DNA from: Pristiophorus japonicus
Lineage: Eukaryota
Direction of reading: 5' to 3'
NCBI RefSeq assembly: GCF_044704955.1
Contig: NC_091997.1
Coordinates: forward strand, 28,272,001 to 28,336,000
DNA: 64,000 nucleotides
Under the pieces are notes generated by a model that did no database searches, was not told the origin of the DNA, and worked only from the letters and a program-made list of their open reading frames with translations. A program made the position numbers and the translations under genes. How positions within the stretch are numbered: the first letter of the stretch is position 1; each line of letters begins with the position of its first letter. Positions 12,800 to 24,119 of the stretch are shown here, one piece after another.

Positions 12800-13873
12800 G
12801 AGGAAATCTCGGGATAAATGGGTCATTTTCCGGTTGGCAAATGGTAATTAGTGGGGTGCCATAGAGATCGGTGCTAGGGCCTCAACAATTTACAATCTAT
12901 ACTAATGACTTGAATGAAGGGATCGAGTGTAATGTAGCCAAGTTTGCTGATGATACAAAGATGGGTGGGAAAGCAAGTTGTGAGGAGGACACAAAGAATC
13001 TGCAAAGGGATATAGACAGACTAAGTGAGTGGGCAAACATTTGGCAGATGGAGTATAATGTGGGAAAATGTGAGGTTACCACTTTGGCAGAAAAAATAAA
13101 AAAGCAAATTATTAGTTATATGGAGAGAAATTACAAAATGCTGCAGTAGAGAAGGACCTGGGGGTCTTTGTGCATGAAACACAAAAAGTTAGTATGCAGG
13201 TACAGCAAGTAATCAGGAAGGCAAATGGAATGTTGGCTTTTATTGCAAGGGGGATGGAGTATAAAAGCAGAGAAGTCTTGCTACAACTGTACAGGGTTGG
13301 TGAGACCACCCCTAGAGTACTGCGTACAGTTTTGGTCTCCTTATTTAAGGAGGGATATACTTGCATTGGAGGTAGTTCAGAGAAGATTCACTAGGTTGAT
13401 TCTTGAGATAAAGGGGTTGACTTATGAAGAAAGGTTGAGTAGGTTGGGCCTATACTCACTGGAGTTTAGAAGAATGAGAGGTGATCTTATTGAAATATAT
13501 AAGATAATGAGGGGGCTCGACAAGGTGGATGCAGAGAGGATGTTTCCACTTGTGGGAGAATTTAGAACTAGGGGCCATAGTTTCAGAATAAGGGGTCGCC
13601 ATTTAGAACTAAGATGAAGAGAATTTTTTTCCCTTAGAGGGTCGTAAATCTTTGGAATTTTCTGCCCCAGAGAGCTGTGGAGGCTGGGTGTTTAATATAT
13701 TTAAGGTGGAGAAAGACAGATTTTTGAACAATAGGGAGTGAAGGGTTATGGGGAGCGGGCAGGGAAGTGGAGCTGAGCCCAAGATCAGATCAGCCATGAT
13801 CTTAATAAATGGCGGAGCAGGCTCGAGGAGCCAACTGGCCTACTCCTGCTCCTATTTCTTATGTTCTTATGTT
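12800..13873 (+). mobile_element. CR1 LINE, 5'-truncated
   Basis: KFADDTK, RPPLEYCVQFWSP, LGLYSLEFRRMRGDLIE; tail ttcttatgttcttatgtt. Confidence 0.92.
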
Positions 13874-14217
13874 AACTCATTCCCCATTGTTGAATATCTG
13901 CCTTCCTATACTTTGTACAGTAGGTGAAATGCTGCAGTTTCATTGCTTTGAGAGATAACTGAAGAATTACAGTGGGTGGGTGTTCTCATACATGGAAAGT
14001 TAAGGTGTTCAATATAGAAATGCAAATGTTATTGGAGTATTATTGTTCCTATATCTATTCTGTTTCACCTCAAGTCCAACAATCAATTATCTTCCATTTT
14101 TCCAGCTGTTATGTTATGGCTAATTGAATAAACTCTGTCTCGTTCTTACCATTGTGGAATTATCATTTTCTCAATCCCTGGATCATCTTCACCTAAATTA
14201 TGGCTATATTGCATGAT

Positions 14218-14995
14218 GCCAAGCACATCTATACCTGTTTGAATCATGGAATTAAAGGCATTTACTGCACAGAAGGAGGCCATTCAACCCATTGTGTATG
14301 TGCCGGCCGAAAGAGAGCTACCCAGCCTAATCCCACTTTCCAGCTCTCGGTCCGTAGCCCTGTAAGTTACGGCACTTCAAGTGCAGAGCCAAGTACTTTT
14401 TAAATGTGATGAGGGTTTCTGCCTCTACCACCCTTTCAGGCAGTGATTCCAGACCCTTGCCACCCTCTGGGTGAAGAAAGTTCTCCTCAACTTCTCTCTA
14501 ATCCTTCTACCAACTACTTTAAAGCTATGACCCCTGGTTACTGATCTCTCTGCTAAGGGAAATACGTATAAGATTCTGACGGGACTGGACAGGTTAGATG
14601 CGGGAAGAATGTTCCCGATGTTGGGGAAGTCCAGAACCAGGGGACATAGTCTTAGGATAAGGGGTAGGCCATTTAGGACTGAGATGAGGAGAAACTTCTT
14701 CACTCAGAGAGTTGTTAACCTATGGAATTCCCTGCTGCAGAGAGTTGTTGATGCCGGTTCATTGGATATATTCAAGAGGGGGGTTAGATATGGCCCTTAC
14801 AGCTAAGGGGATCAAGGGGTATGGAGAGAAAGCAGGAAAGGGGTACTGATGGAATGATCAGCCATGATCTTATTGAATGGCGGTGCAGGCTCGAAGAGCC
14901 GAATGGCCTACTCCTGCACCTATTTTCTATGTTTCTATGTTTCTAAGTCCTTCCTATCCACTCTATAGCCCCCTCATAATTTTATACACCTCAGC
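14218..14995. mobile_element. Minus-strand CR1 3' end interrupted by a plus-strand CR1 3' fragment (14563-14944)
   Basis: Outer sequence resumes after the ttctatgtttctatgtttct tail; the inner copy matches 32730-33096. Confidence 0.8.
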
Positions 14996-15489
14996 ATGAA
15001 GGTGCAAAAGCCCTGACTGATAAAAGCACACCATAATGACTGAAATGTAATATTTCTAAATGTAAAATAAATGCTGGAGATGCACAACAGATCTGGAAGC
15101 AACACATACTTTGGAATGTGATGTGGGGTCCCTCTTTAGAACTTCAGTTCCACCCTAAATGTTAACCTGTCTTTTATCTTTTCAAATTCATACAAGCCAG
15201 CTTTCATTTCCGGCAGTTCCTGTTTTTGTTTCTGATCTCAAACATTGTTTTATCATTTCCAAATGCAATACAAAAAATTGAACTTTAAAACCTGTTTTGT
15301 GGCTGATATACAGGAGCAAGACAACATCTTGTGAGTGGAAGTTAGATGTGTTAGATTAGTCCTACAATGCTAACGCGTTTTATTAAACTCCTTTCAATCC
15401 TATTGCAATGCTGGTTCATGCCTGGGCTGAAAGAGGACAGAGAGGAATTTGGTACCAGAAGCTGACTTTCTCTTACAGGAGCTGGTGGA

Positions 15490-15808
15490 GACACAGCTTT
15501 CAGAGAGACATTAAATCGAGGTCCCATATGCTCTCTCAGGTGGACGTAAAACATCCCATGACACTATTTCGAAGCAGAGCAGGGGAGTTATCCCAGGTGT
15601 CCTGGGGCCAATATTTATCCCTCAGTCAAAAAAACAGATTATCTGGCCATTATCACATTGCTGATTGTGGGAGCTTGCTGTGCGCAAATTGTCTGCTGCA
15701 TTTCCTACATTACACCAGTGGCTGTACTTCAAATGTACTTCACTGGCGGTAAAGCACTTTGGGACGTCGGGTGGTCGTGAAAGGCGCTATATCAATGCAA
15801 GACTTTTT
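15490..15808 (+). mobile_element. DeuSINE/SacSINE1-like SINE, 5'-truncated
   Basis: Deu-like domain and tail as in the other copies. Confidence 0.8.
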
Positions 15809-16469
15809 CCAGAGTTAAAGAAAGACAAGTTAATGGATTTGACACAGAGCATGTGTCAACCATGGCTGTCAGAGCTAGAGGAATATTACTTGCCCAAAAG
15901 TCCCACTAAATGTTTGCACTTTAAAATCTTTATGGGGGGAGAAGCGTGCGGAGTTGGTAAAGGGCAGCTCTTGTACACTGATTTCTGACCGTTAAGTATA
16001 TGTGGCGACGATTATAAATGTCAAGGTCGCAATATGTTGCTGAAACTACATAAACACATGTCCAGCTTAGCTCAGTGGCGACACCTCTGAGTTATTCATT
16101 GTTCACCCTGTGAAATGTATACCACCAACATGTTTACCGATCTGTGTGTGAGGATTTCCCCCCTCCCCCCCCCCCCCCAGGTCAAGATGAAACACAGTTG
16201 AAACACTGGTCATACAGTTTGTCAAAACACTTAATAAAAATATGCCATTTGGTGCTTTGTTTTTTTCCTCTCGCTGGTTCAGGTTACGAGAACTGAAGCG
16301 CTTGTTTACTGGGTGGGAGAGGACACTGTCCTGAATGAACACACAAACAAATTAAGGGTCGCGTTTCTATGAATGTGTTTGGGAGGCGAATAACCCCGTT
16401 CTCCATAATAATTTAAAAAAAACACAGCGTGCACTAAATTCAAGACATTTTGTTTTCTGCCTTTTAAAT

Positions 16470-16545
16470 GTCATTAATATTACACCATTAGCAAGCAGGC
16501 TTACATTTATGCATGGGTTTCTAACGGATATATATATAATCGTGG
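16470..16545 (+). promoter_or_regulatory. GH proximal promoter: Pit-1 (POU1F1) site and TATA box
   Basis: TTTATGCAT (16506-16514) fits the Pit-1 consensus WWTATNCAT; TATATATATAA at about 16529-16539, roughly 95 bp before the ATG; a further TTATTCAT at 16092-16099. Confidence 0.7.
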
Positions 16546-16631
16546 AGTTGAAGTCAATGTTAGAAACCTGTGAACTATTTGCCTTTCCTATAGTTTGGGG
16601 CACCTTGAGCATTAGTTACAGTGATAACAGG

Positions 16632-16641
16632 ATGGCTTCAG
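16632..16641 (+). CDS. GH: GH coding exon 1 (MAS + G)
   Basis: ATGGCTTCAG|gtaata; the 10-nt phase-1 first exon typical of GH genes; phase matches exon 2. Confidence 0.9.
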
Positions 16642-19600
16642 GTAATATCTCCTGATTTGTGGTTTGTTGGGATGCCTGCTTGACTGGTAGTTAAACCTTT
16701 TTATATGGAATTTTCTGTTGAATTTCGCTAATCTATCACTTGTTTCTTTTTCATTGACCTTGACAAGCTCCACTTGTGTGTGTGTGTGTGTTGTGTATCA
16801 TGTTCCCACTCCAGGTTCTCCTGTTTAGTTCTCCAATGATTCTGCCTTCAATTTCTTATCTTCATTCGAACAGGGATCAAGGCCTTCTGCGGTAGATGTG
16901 CGGACTCCTTAATCTAGAAAGTTGCTGGAAATGCTTTCCCAACTTGTCCATTCTAGGTTTACAGGACTGGGGTTGTAGTTTGTTCGCTAACTCACTTTGT
17001 GCCAAACAACTGGACAACCCTAACCCCTTCTGACATTGGCAGTGAATTGCAATCGTTCTCTCTCGCCCCCGAGAACCAGAGTCTAAACTCTCCCTCTTTG
17101 AGTTAAGCTAGCCGGGGCGATTATTTCACGGTGTAACGTGTTACTTGCCTTGCCTCTTCCCATTTGTTTTTTGGACTTTGTCTAACTGTTTTGTCCTCCT
17201 TCCCCAAGGTTATTTTTTTTTAATAGAGCTGTGTTTTTTTTCCCCCCGCTAGGTCTGTCACTGTGTTCCATTGTCCTGGCCCTGGTCTTGGTTTCCACGC
17301 AGTGCCCCAGGGATCTGGAAGCATTCCCTTTGCTGCCTCTGTCTGAACTTTTCGCCAAGGCCGTGCACCGCGCACAGCACCTACACCTGGTTGCAGCAGA
17401 AACCTGCAAGGATTTCGTACGTAGCCAAGCCTGTGGAACGCAAGTTATTAGGAAACAAAATTAAGCTTTGAGCACTTGATTTGTGATAGAACCCAGCAAT
17501 GACATGCGTCTAATGTTTGTGTATCTCTGTGTGTGTGTGTTCTTTTTTTTAAAAAAAACTCCAACAGGAACGAAAATATGTCCCCGAAGAGCAGCGCCAT
17601 TCCCACAAGAGTTCACCTTCTGCTTTCTGCCAGTCTGAAACCATCCCAGCACCGACTGGCAAGGAGGATGCCCAGCAACGATCGGTAATTACAATAAAAA
17701 CACACAACAATTTTTTTCCAAGCCTAAATTCAGTTTTACTTTTAACACTACACATTGGTTTCTTTCCTCGTGGCTTCTGTCACGAATACACAGATCTTAG
17801 GAAGGATTTGAAGGCCTTCGAGAGGGTGCATAAAAGATTTGCAATAATGATTCCAGGGATGAGGGACTTCAGTTACACAGATAAACTGGAGAAGCAGGGG
17901 TTGTTGTCCTTAGGGGACAGTCAGTTACACAGAGAGACTGGAGAAGCTAGGGCTATTCTCCTTAGAGCAGAGAGGAGATTTGATAGAGGTATTCAAAATC
18001 ATGAGGGGTCTGGCCAGAGTAGATAAGCGAGAAACTGTTCCCATTGGCGGAAGGGTCGAAAACCAGAGGACACAGATTTAAGGTGATTGGCAGAACCATA
18101 GACCACACGAGGATAAACTTTTGAGTGGTTAGGATCTGGAATGTACTGCCTGAGAGGATGGTGGAGGCAGACTCAATCACTGCTTTCAAAAGGGAATTGG
18201 GTAAGTACCTGAAGGAAAAACAATTGCCGGGCTACGGGGATGGGACGTGGGAGTGGGACACGCTGAAGTGCTCTTGCAGAGAGCCTGCACGGGCTCGACG
18301 GGCCGAATTGCCTCCTTGTGCTGTAACCGTTCTGTGATTCTATGACCGATTGTAAATGTTCCCGATATAAAACATGTCACCTAACTAAAATATCTCTGAC
18401 CAAAGCGGTGTCCCTTCTGGCTAGATTAGCTTTGTTAGGATCTTGCTTTGTCTCACATTAACTCCTGGCCCAGTAACAAAAGTTAGTAAGTCTGACCTCA
18501 GCTATAGTTATGACTCAGCAGAAACAGGGGACTGAGTCCACTGAAACCCACAAATTGTGACTCCATAAATGCTCACAGTTAAAGCCATTATTTAACCACA
18601 CACACACAGCCAAAGATCCAGGTGATTATAGCGTAGTCAGGAATGAATATTTGCAGAATGCCTTCGTTCAGTCCGTAAGCGTGACCTCAAGCTTCCAGTC
18701 GCCTTTAATTCTCCGCTCCACTCCCACTCTGCCCTCTCTCAGTCCTCGCCTCTTACACTGTCCCAATGAAGCTCGAGGAACAGCACCTCATCTTTTGTTT
18801 AGGCACTTTACAGCCTTCTGGACTCAACATCGAGTTCCACAATTTCAGACCGTAACCCCTGCCCCTATTTTCTCAGATGGCTGCTGTTGATGATTCTGCC
18901 ATCTCCATTTACACCCTATCTAGACTTACCTATTGTTTCTTTACTTGTCCCATTACCATCTCCTTTTGCCTTGCACCATCATCCCTTTTGTCTTTCAATC
19001 TCTCCCGGCTTCGCCCGATCCCTTTGTTCTTTCCTCGGCCCTCCCCCTGCCCCAGCACTCGCTTAGAATCTGTTACATCTCTTAACTTTTTCCAGTTCTG
19101 ACGAAAGGTCATGGACCTGAAACGCTGCATGTTCAAATTACATTTCAAAAGTGAAAACAGACACCCGCATTGTAAGTCATGAGAACAAGTGATATTCCTG
19201 TCGTTCTCTCCTGTCACAGGATAAGGAGCTGCTCCTATACTCGCTGCTTCTCATTCAGTCCTGGCTCAATCCCATTCAGAACAGTAGGGCTTTCAGGACC
19301 TCGGACAGAGTCTATGACAAACTGCGGGACCTGGAAGAAGGCATCTATGCTCTGATGAAGGTAGGCGCGCACAATACAAGTAGCTCCACTGTGGTGATAC
19401 CGTGCGTTAAAATTTTTGCAAAACTTTGCAATGTTATTGCGAAATGTAGACGCGTGTTGTACAGACCTTGTTAAAAGCGTTCAGTTTTCTTCTGTTCGTT
19501 TGATGCAATTTTGACAGTAACAGTTTTAGAACTTCGAAAGGGCACAATTTTTGCGTGTAATTCATTTGGTGAAAGAGACATTTTATATCGATAGTGGGGG

Positions 19601-22200
19601 GAATGCTCTAGAGATTTACGGGATGATTCCATATGAATTTAGAAGCAACATGCAGTACTTCACGACTGGGATGCGTTTTTCAGGATGCAACTACATTAGT
19701 TGAACGGGGTAATCCGACGTCTATAATCGATGTAGATTTTAAGAGGTTATTTGATGGAGTTGTACATGTGACGCCCATGGCATTATTCAAAAACAGCTCA
19801 CTGGACTAAACACTGGTCCGACAACAGGCGATAGTTTGACTGGGTCAGTGATGAGTGGCGTTCTGAAACATTCTCTTCAGTCCCCTGCTCTTCACACTAA
19901 ATAACTGATATGGAGGAGGTCACTTTACTAATATAAACGTTGATCTTGACTCTAAACTATATCTACATGACAACAGTGACTGCACTCCAGAGATAATTCG
20001 ATGTAGGTGACATGTCCTAAAAATGTTATAAGCTATTCTATACATAGAAATTGTTACTTTCTTTGGCCAGATGATGAATGCACAAAAGATTAATAACATT
20101 CAAAGGGTTCTAGATAAATTACTTGGATGGGATAAGGAATGGCAAATATTATCAATAAGAATGCTTGCTTCATCAGGGCCACCAACAAGACGATTAAGTG
20201 GTCGGAGCGTTCAGTATTGTGTCAGGAAAACGCTCATATGTTTGCTGAATTGCTTTAACGAAGTAATGTTCAACGAGTCTCAGTGGCTGGCAAACCAGCC
20301 TTTAGATTCATTTTGCAAACAGTGACCAAAATTTGTCCATGTGAGTCACGAGGGTGTGGAACAAAGATAAGTACAACGTTTAAACATAAAAAGTAAGAAC
20401 TAATGTACCAAAAAATTTAGAATCTTGGTTCAAAATAACGTAACTTAAAGTTGAAATAGAGCGAGACTGAAAATAAATCAAACCAGACAGTAGATGATAT
20501 TTTGAAGAATCTTGTGCCAGGAGAGTAAATGGGATGGACAGAATCTACAATCAAAACTGTGCAAGTAATGAACTTAGTGAACTGGAACAATTCCCCCTCC
20601 CCTTTCTATGATTTTGTACGCTGTTATTTAAACATGGGTTGGGTCTAGTGCTAGTTTCCAAGGATAACCAAGCTCAAATACAAATATGTGAATTTATCTG
20701 CTCCATCGAGCCATTTTCTTATTGATTAACACAGCAGGGGCTGGATTTTAGGCTTTTCCGTTTTCGGGGCGAAAACTGAGGTGGGGTGGGAAAGTTACCC
20801 GCTGGGAATAGTTTGCGCCTCAGCAGGTAAGTTTGGGCATCTGGGCCCTGCGTCAGGGGGCACAGCGCTAAGGGAGGCATTGTACAGCTCTCGTGGTGCA
20901 AGGATGGGAAACTCCCGAGCTAAAGAACCGGGCCAGGAGCGCTCCAAGAGAGGCCTGGTGGGGGGAGGGGGAGGGGGAAACTTAAAACAAAACACAAAAA
21001 CATTCCCAAAACATTGCCCACATCACCACAACACAAATCACTAAAAGAATTAAAAGAACAAACACTTGCACTTACTTTTGTAATACTTTACCTTCCTCAC
21101 CACCGCCGGCTATGTTGGACAGCTCTGATTTCCCAGGCGGTCATTGTGGGCGCACTTCCGGGCGGACAGGTCAGGCAAGAGTCAAAACTTCTGCCGGTGT
21201 CGCAACCAGGGCCATTGCACACCCGGCGCAGCTCTTCCCGGCGGTGCTGCTCAGCGTCGCCGCAAAACCCGACCAGAGGATCGCGACAAGGCACCGGAGA
21301 CTTCGCCGCTGTTCACGCTGCTCTGGGGCGAAACCCAGAGCACAAAGGACCGGAAGATCCAGCTCCAAGTTCTTTGCATGTAGATCTTAACAGATAGGCT
21401 AGAAGGTATTACATGTCAAAAAGTTCAGGTAATGTCATCAACCATAATGGCAAAACTTAAGCTTTCATCTGAACCTTCAGGGTCCATAATATTTTTGACC
21501 AATACTCCATGTGTGATTGTCATAATATATACAAGTGGAGTTCAGCTGATGGTTTTGGTCTATTTTTAGGATTATTTCCCAGAAATGGGTAGCATGGTGG
21601 AAAAAATGGAAGTTTCCATGAATGAATCCTATGATTTGATTTGAATGCTACGGCATAATATGAATTGAAGTAATATTGTACCTTGTGATGTAAACAGCAA
21701 GCTTTTGTTGTACTGTACTACATGTTAAAACAGCACAGTCAAAACATAGCTACAAAGAGTCTATTATATATGTGCAATGAGGCTCTGACAAATGCTCCCA
21801 GTGAACTGCTATTCAAACTCCTTAAAACCTACCTCTTTAACCAAGCTTTTGGTTATCTGCCTTAATTTCTTCTTTTGTGGCCCAGTGTCAAATTTATCTG
21901 ATTTGTCTTGTGACACTGGGATATTTTACTATGTTAAAGGTGCTATATCAATAAAAGTTATTATTAATAATAAACTTTAATTGTTCTATCACTTCCCAGG
22001 CTCTGGAAGATGGGGGTTCTTCGCAAGGTTTTGCCTGGCTGAGATTTTCCTATGACAGGTTTGATGGAAACTTAAGTGAGGAAGCTTTGATGAAAAACTA
22101 TGGTCTCCTGGCTTGTTTTAAGAAGGATATGCACAAAGTTGAAACCTACCTGAAAGTTATGAATTGCAAACGTTTTGCAGAGAGTAACTGTACTGTGTAG
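16632..22200 (+). CDS. GH: Growth hormone (somatotropin) precursor, 5 coding exons, 633 nt, 210 aa
   Basis: join(16632-16641,17253-17416,17568-17684,19220-19360,22000-22200), all introns GT-AG and in frame. 27-aa signal peptide, then [27 protein letters not shown]...[31 protein letters not shown] with the family signature [13 protein letters not shown]. Confidence 0.98.
17253..17416 (+). CDS. GH: GH exon 2 (signal peptide and helix 1)
   Basis: ccgctag|GTCTG...GATTTC|gtacg; [54 protein letters not shown]. Confidence 0.96.
17568..17684 (+). CDS. GH: GH exon 3
   Basis: caacag|GAA...TCG|gtaatt; 117 nt; [39 protein letters not shown]. Confidence 0.96.
17795..18345 (+). mobile_element. CR1 LINE 3' part in GH intron 3
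   Basis: LERVHKRF-like and VVRIWNVLP motifs; tail ttctgtgattctatga. Confidence 0.85.
18649..19127 (+). mobile_element. Penelope-like element 3' remnant (GIY-YIG endonuclease C-terminus and terminal repeat) in GH intron 3
   Basis: With frameshifts translates to [27 protein letters not shown]...[25 protein letters not shown], followed by a CTGACGA...GAAAC core. Confidence 0.8.
19220..19360 (+). CDS. GH: GH exon 4
   Basis: tcacag|GAT...AAG|gtaggc; 141 nt; [47 protein letters not shown]. Confidence 0.97.
20738..21365. mobile_element. GC-rich MITE (same family as 9810-10443) in GH intron 4
   Basis: Left TIR GGGCTGGATTTT, right AAGATCCAGCTC; colinear internal homology. Confidence 0.75.
22000..22200 (+). 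CDS. GH: GH exon 5 (coding part)
   Basis: tcccag|GCT...GTGTAG; [66 protein letters not shown]. Confidence 0.98.
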   Translation, partial: ALEDGGSSQGFAWLRFSYDRFDGNLSEEALMKNYGLLACFKKDMHKVETYLKVMNCKRFAESNCTV

Positions 22201-22487
22201 TGTAAGGTTATAGACAAAAGGAGTGAGGAAAACTCGATAAAGACACTCAAAATGTTACACAGAATCTGTCTTAAAATTGATTATTTTCAATAAGAAATTC
22301 TATATGCCTATATAGTTATATAAGTGAGAACACTGTTAGATCTCTGAACTTTAATGGTGCTTAGTTGTAGAAGTACAAGAATTGTGGAAAATATTTTTCT
22401 GTAGAGCGTATATTTGTCTGCAATTGTGATTGATATCAGAAACTCATCAGTAAATCATAGCAGAATATTTATTATCTTGCATTTTTC

Positions 22488-22493
22488 ATTAAA
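22488..22493 (+). terminator. Candidate GH polyadenylation signal ATTAAA (alternative AATAAA at 22653-22658)
   Basis: Hexamer about 290 nt after the stop, followed by T/GT-rich sequence. Confidence 0.5.
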
Positions 22494-22754
22494 GTATTTT
22501 ATTGCATTGCCAACAAGCTTTTTGTTTTAAACTTTGTTGAGAATTTTCCTTTCATAGATGTGATCATGCTCAGGAGTGGAACATTTACCATTCTGGGCAC
22601 TCAGTATCAGCCTCAAGCACTTGCAGGTCAGTTATAGCATGGCTAGATGCAAAATAAAGCTCCTCTACATTGTATAAACAAATTTCTCTGACCATTAACC
22701 TGAGAACAGCATCACATCAAAGTGTGACTTTAAAAAATAATTACTCCTTCCACT

Positions 22755-23220
22755 GTGTCGGCCATGACTCAGTGGGTAGCACTCTTGCCTCTGAGTTAGA
22801 AGGTTGTGGGCTCAAGTCCCACTGCAGAGACTTGTGCACAAAAATCTAGGCTGACACTCCAGTGCAGTGCTGAGGGAGTGCTGCACTGTGAGAGGGCTGC
22901 TCTTCAGATCAGACGTTAAACTGAGGCCCATCTACACTGCCAGGTGGATATAAAAGGTCCTAAGGCACTATTTCGAAGAAGAGCAGGGGCGTTATCCCCA
23001 GTGTTCTGGCCAATATTTACCTCTGAATCAACATCATTAAAAAAGAGATTATCTGGTCATTATCACATTGCTGTTTGTGGGAGCTTGCTGTGCGCAAATT
23101 GGCTACTGCGTTTCCTACATTACAACAGTGACTACACTCCAAAAAGTACTTCATTGGCTGTAAAGCGCTTTGGGATGTCCGCTGGTCATGAAAGGCACTA
23201 TATAAATGCAAGTCTTCCCT
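22755..23220 (+). mobile_element. Full-length DeuSINE/SacSINE1-like SINE
   Basis: tRNA-like A/B box head, central Deu-like domain, L2-like tail aaaggcactatataaatgcaagtc. Confidence 0.88.
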
Positions 23221-23599
23221 ATTTTTTCAGTCAGTGTACTGAATGCATCGGGTATTTTATGACTCTGTGATAGCAAACTTATTGTTCACACAGCAGGGTG
23301 ACTTCCAGTTTGTCATACGTCTTTCCTGTAATGTCACACTGCAGTTATCACATCTTCACATCACACTTTGCTCATTGTCTCAACATAAAGCATCTGTAAA
23401 TCAGAACTGAAGAGGAGAAACCACACAAATCAGACAGCGAAGAAAGCGGCAATGAGAAAGTACTGAGGATTTATGAAACCGACCAAACTACTAAAAGAAA
23501 GTAGATAGTGAACCAAAGGAATCACTTAAATTGCTTTTTGAAAAGATTTTCAACTGCAATTTATTTTCAATAATTGAAATTCCCATGTTCAAAATAATA

Positions 23600-24010
23600 A
23601 CCATAACTTGTATTTATATAGCGCCTTTAATGTACTGAAACGTACCAAGGTGCTTCACAGGAGTATTATGAGACAAAAACATTTTTGACACCAAGCCACA
23701 TAAGGAGAAATTAGGGCAGGTGAAGTGGTCAAAGAGGTACGTTTTAAGGAGCGTCTTGAAGGAGGAAAGAGATGTAGAGAGGCGGAGAGGTTTAGGTAGG
23801 GAGTTCCAGAGCTTGGGGCCCAGGCAGCTGAAGGCACGGCCACCAATGGTTGAGCGATTATAATCTGGGATGCTCAAGAGGGCAGAATTAGAGGAGCGCA
23901 GACATTTCGGGGGTGGGGGAGGAGGGGGGGGTCATGGGGCTGGAGGAGATTACAGAGATAGGGGCAAGGCTGTGGAGGGATTTGAAAACAAGGATGAGAA
24001 TTTGGAAATA
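23600..24010 (-). mobile_element. L2 LINE 3' end
   Basis: GGRAFSCLGPKLWNSLP...SSFKTLLKTYLF. Confidence 0.85.
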
Positions 24011-24119
24011 AAGTTTTAAACGTGAAATAACACTTATATCATTGTAGTGACATTACATTTAACCCCTGAATTGTCTTTTGTATTATTTAATGTCTTCAAT
24101 ACTTCAAGGCCTGTGAGCA

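Noticed and set aside
16320-16332. Palindrome AGGACA-C-TGTCCT upstream of GH as a glucocorticoid response element
   Set aside because: Spacer is 1 bp, whereas steroid receptor elements need 3 bp
1-16400. Exons of CD79B or SCN4A, the usual upstream neighbours of GH
   Set aside because: No Ig-domain, ITAM or channel-like exon could be recognised; small exons could have been missed by eye
22755-22830. tRNA-like sequences with A and B boxes (also about 12175, 28415, 37315, 50005, 58115)
   Set aside because: Each continues into the same SINE body and tail; they are SINE heads, not tRNA genes
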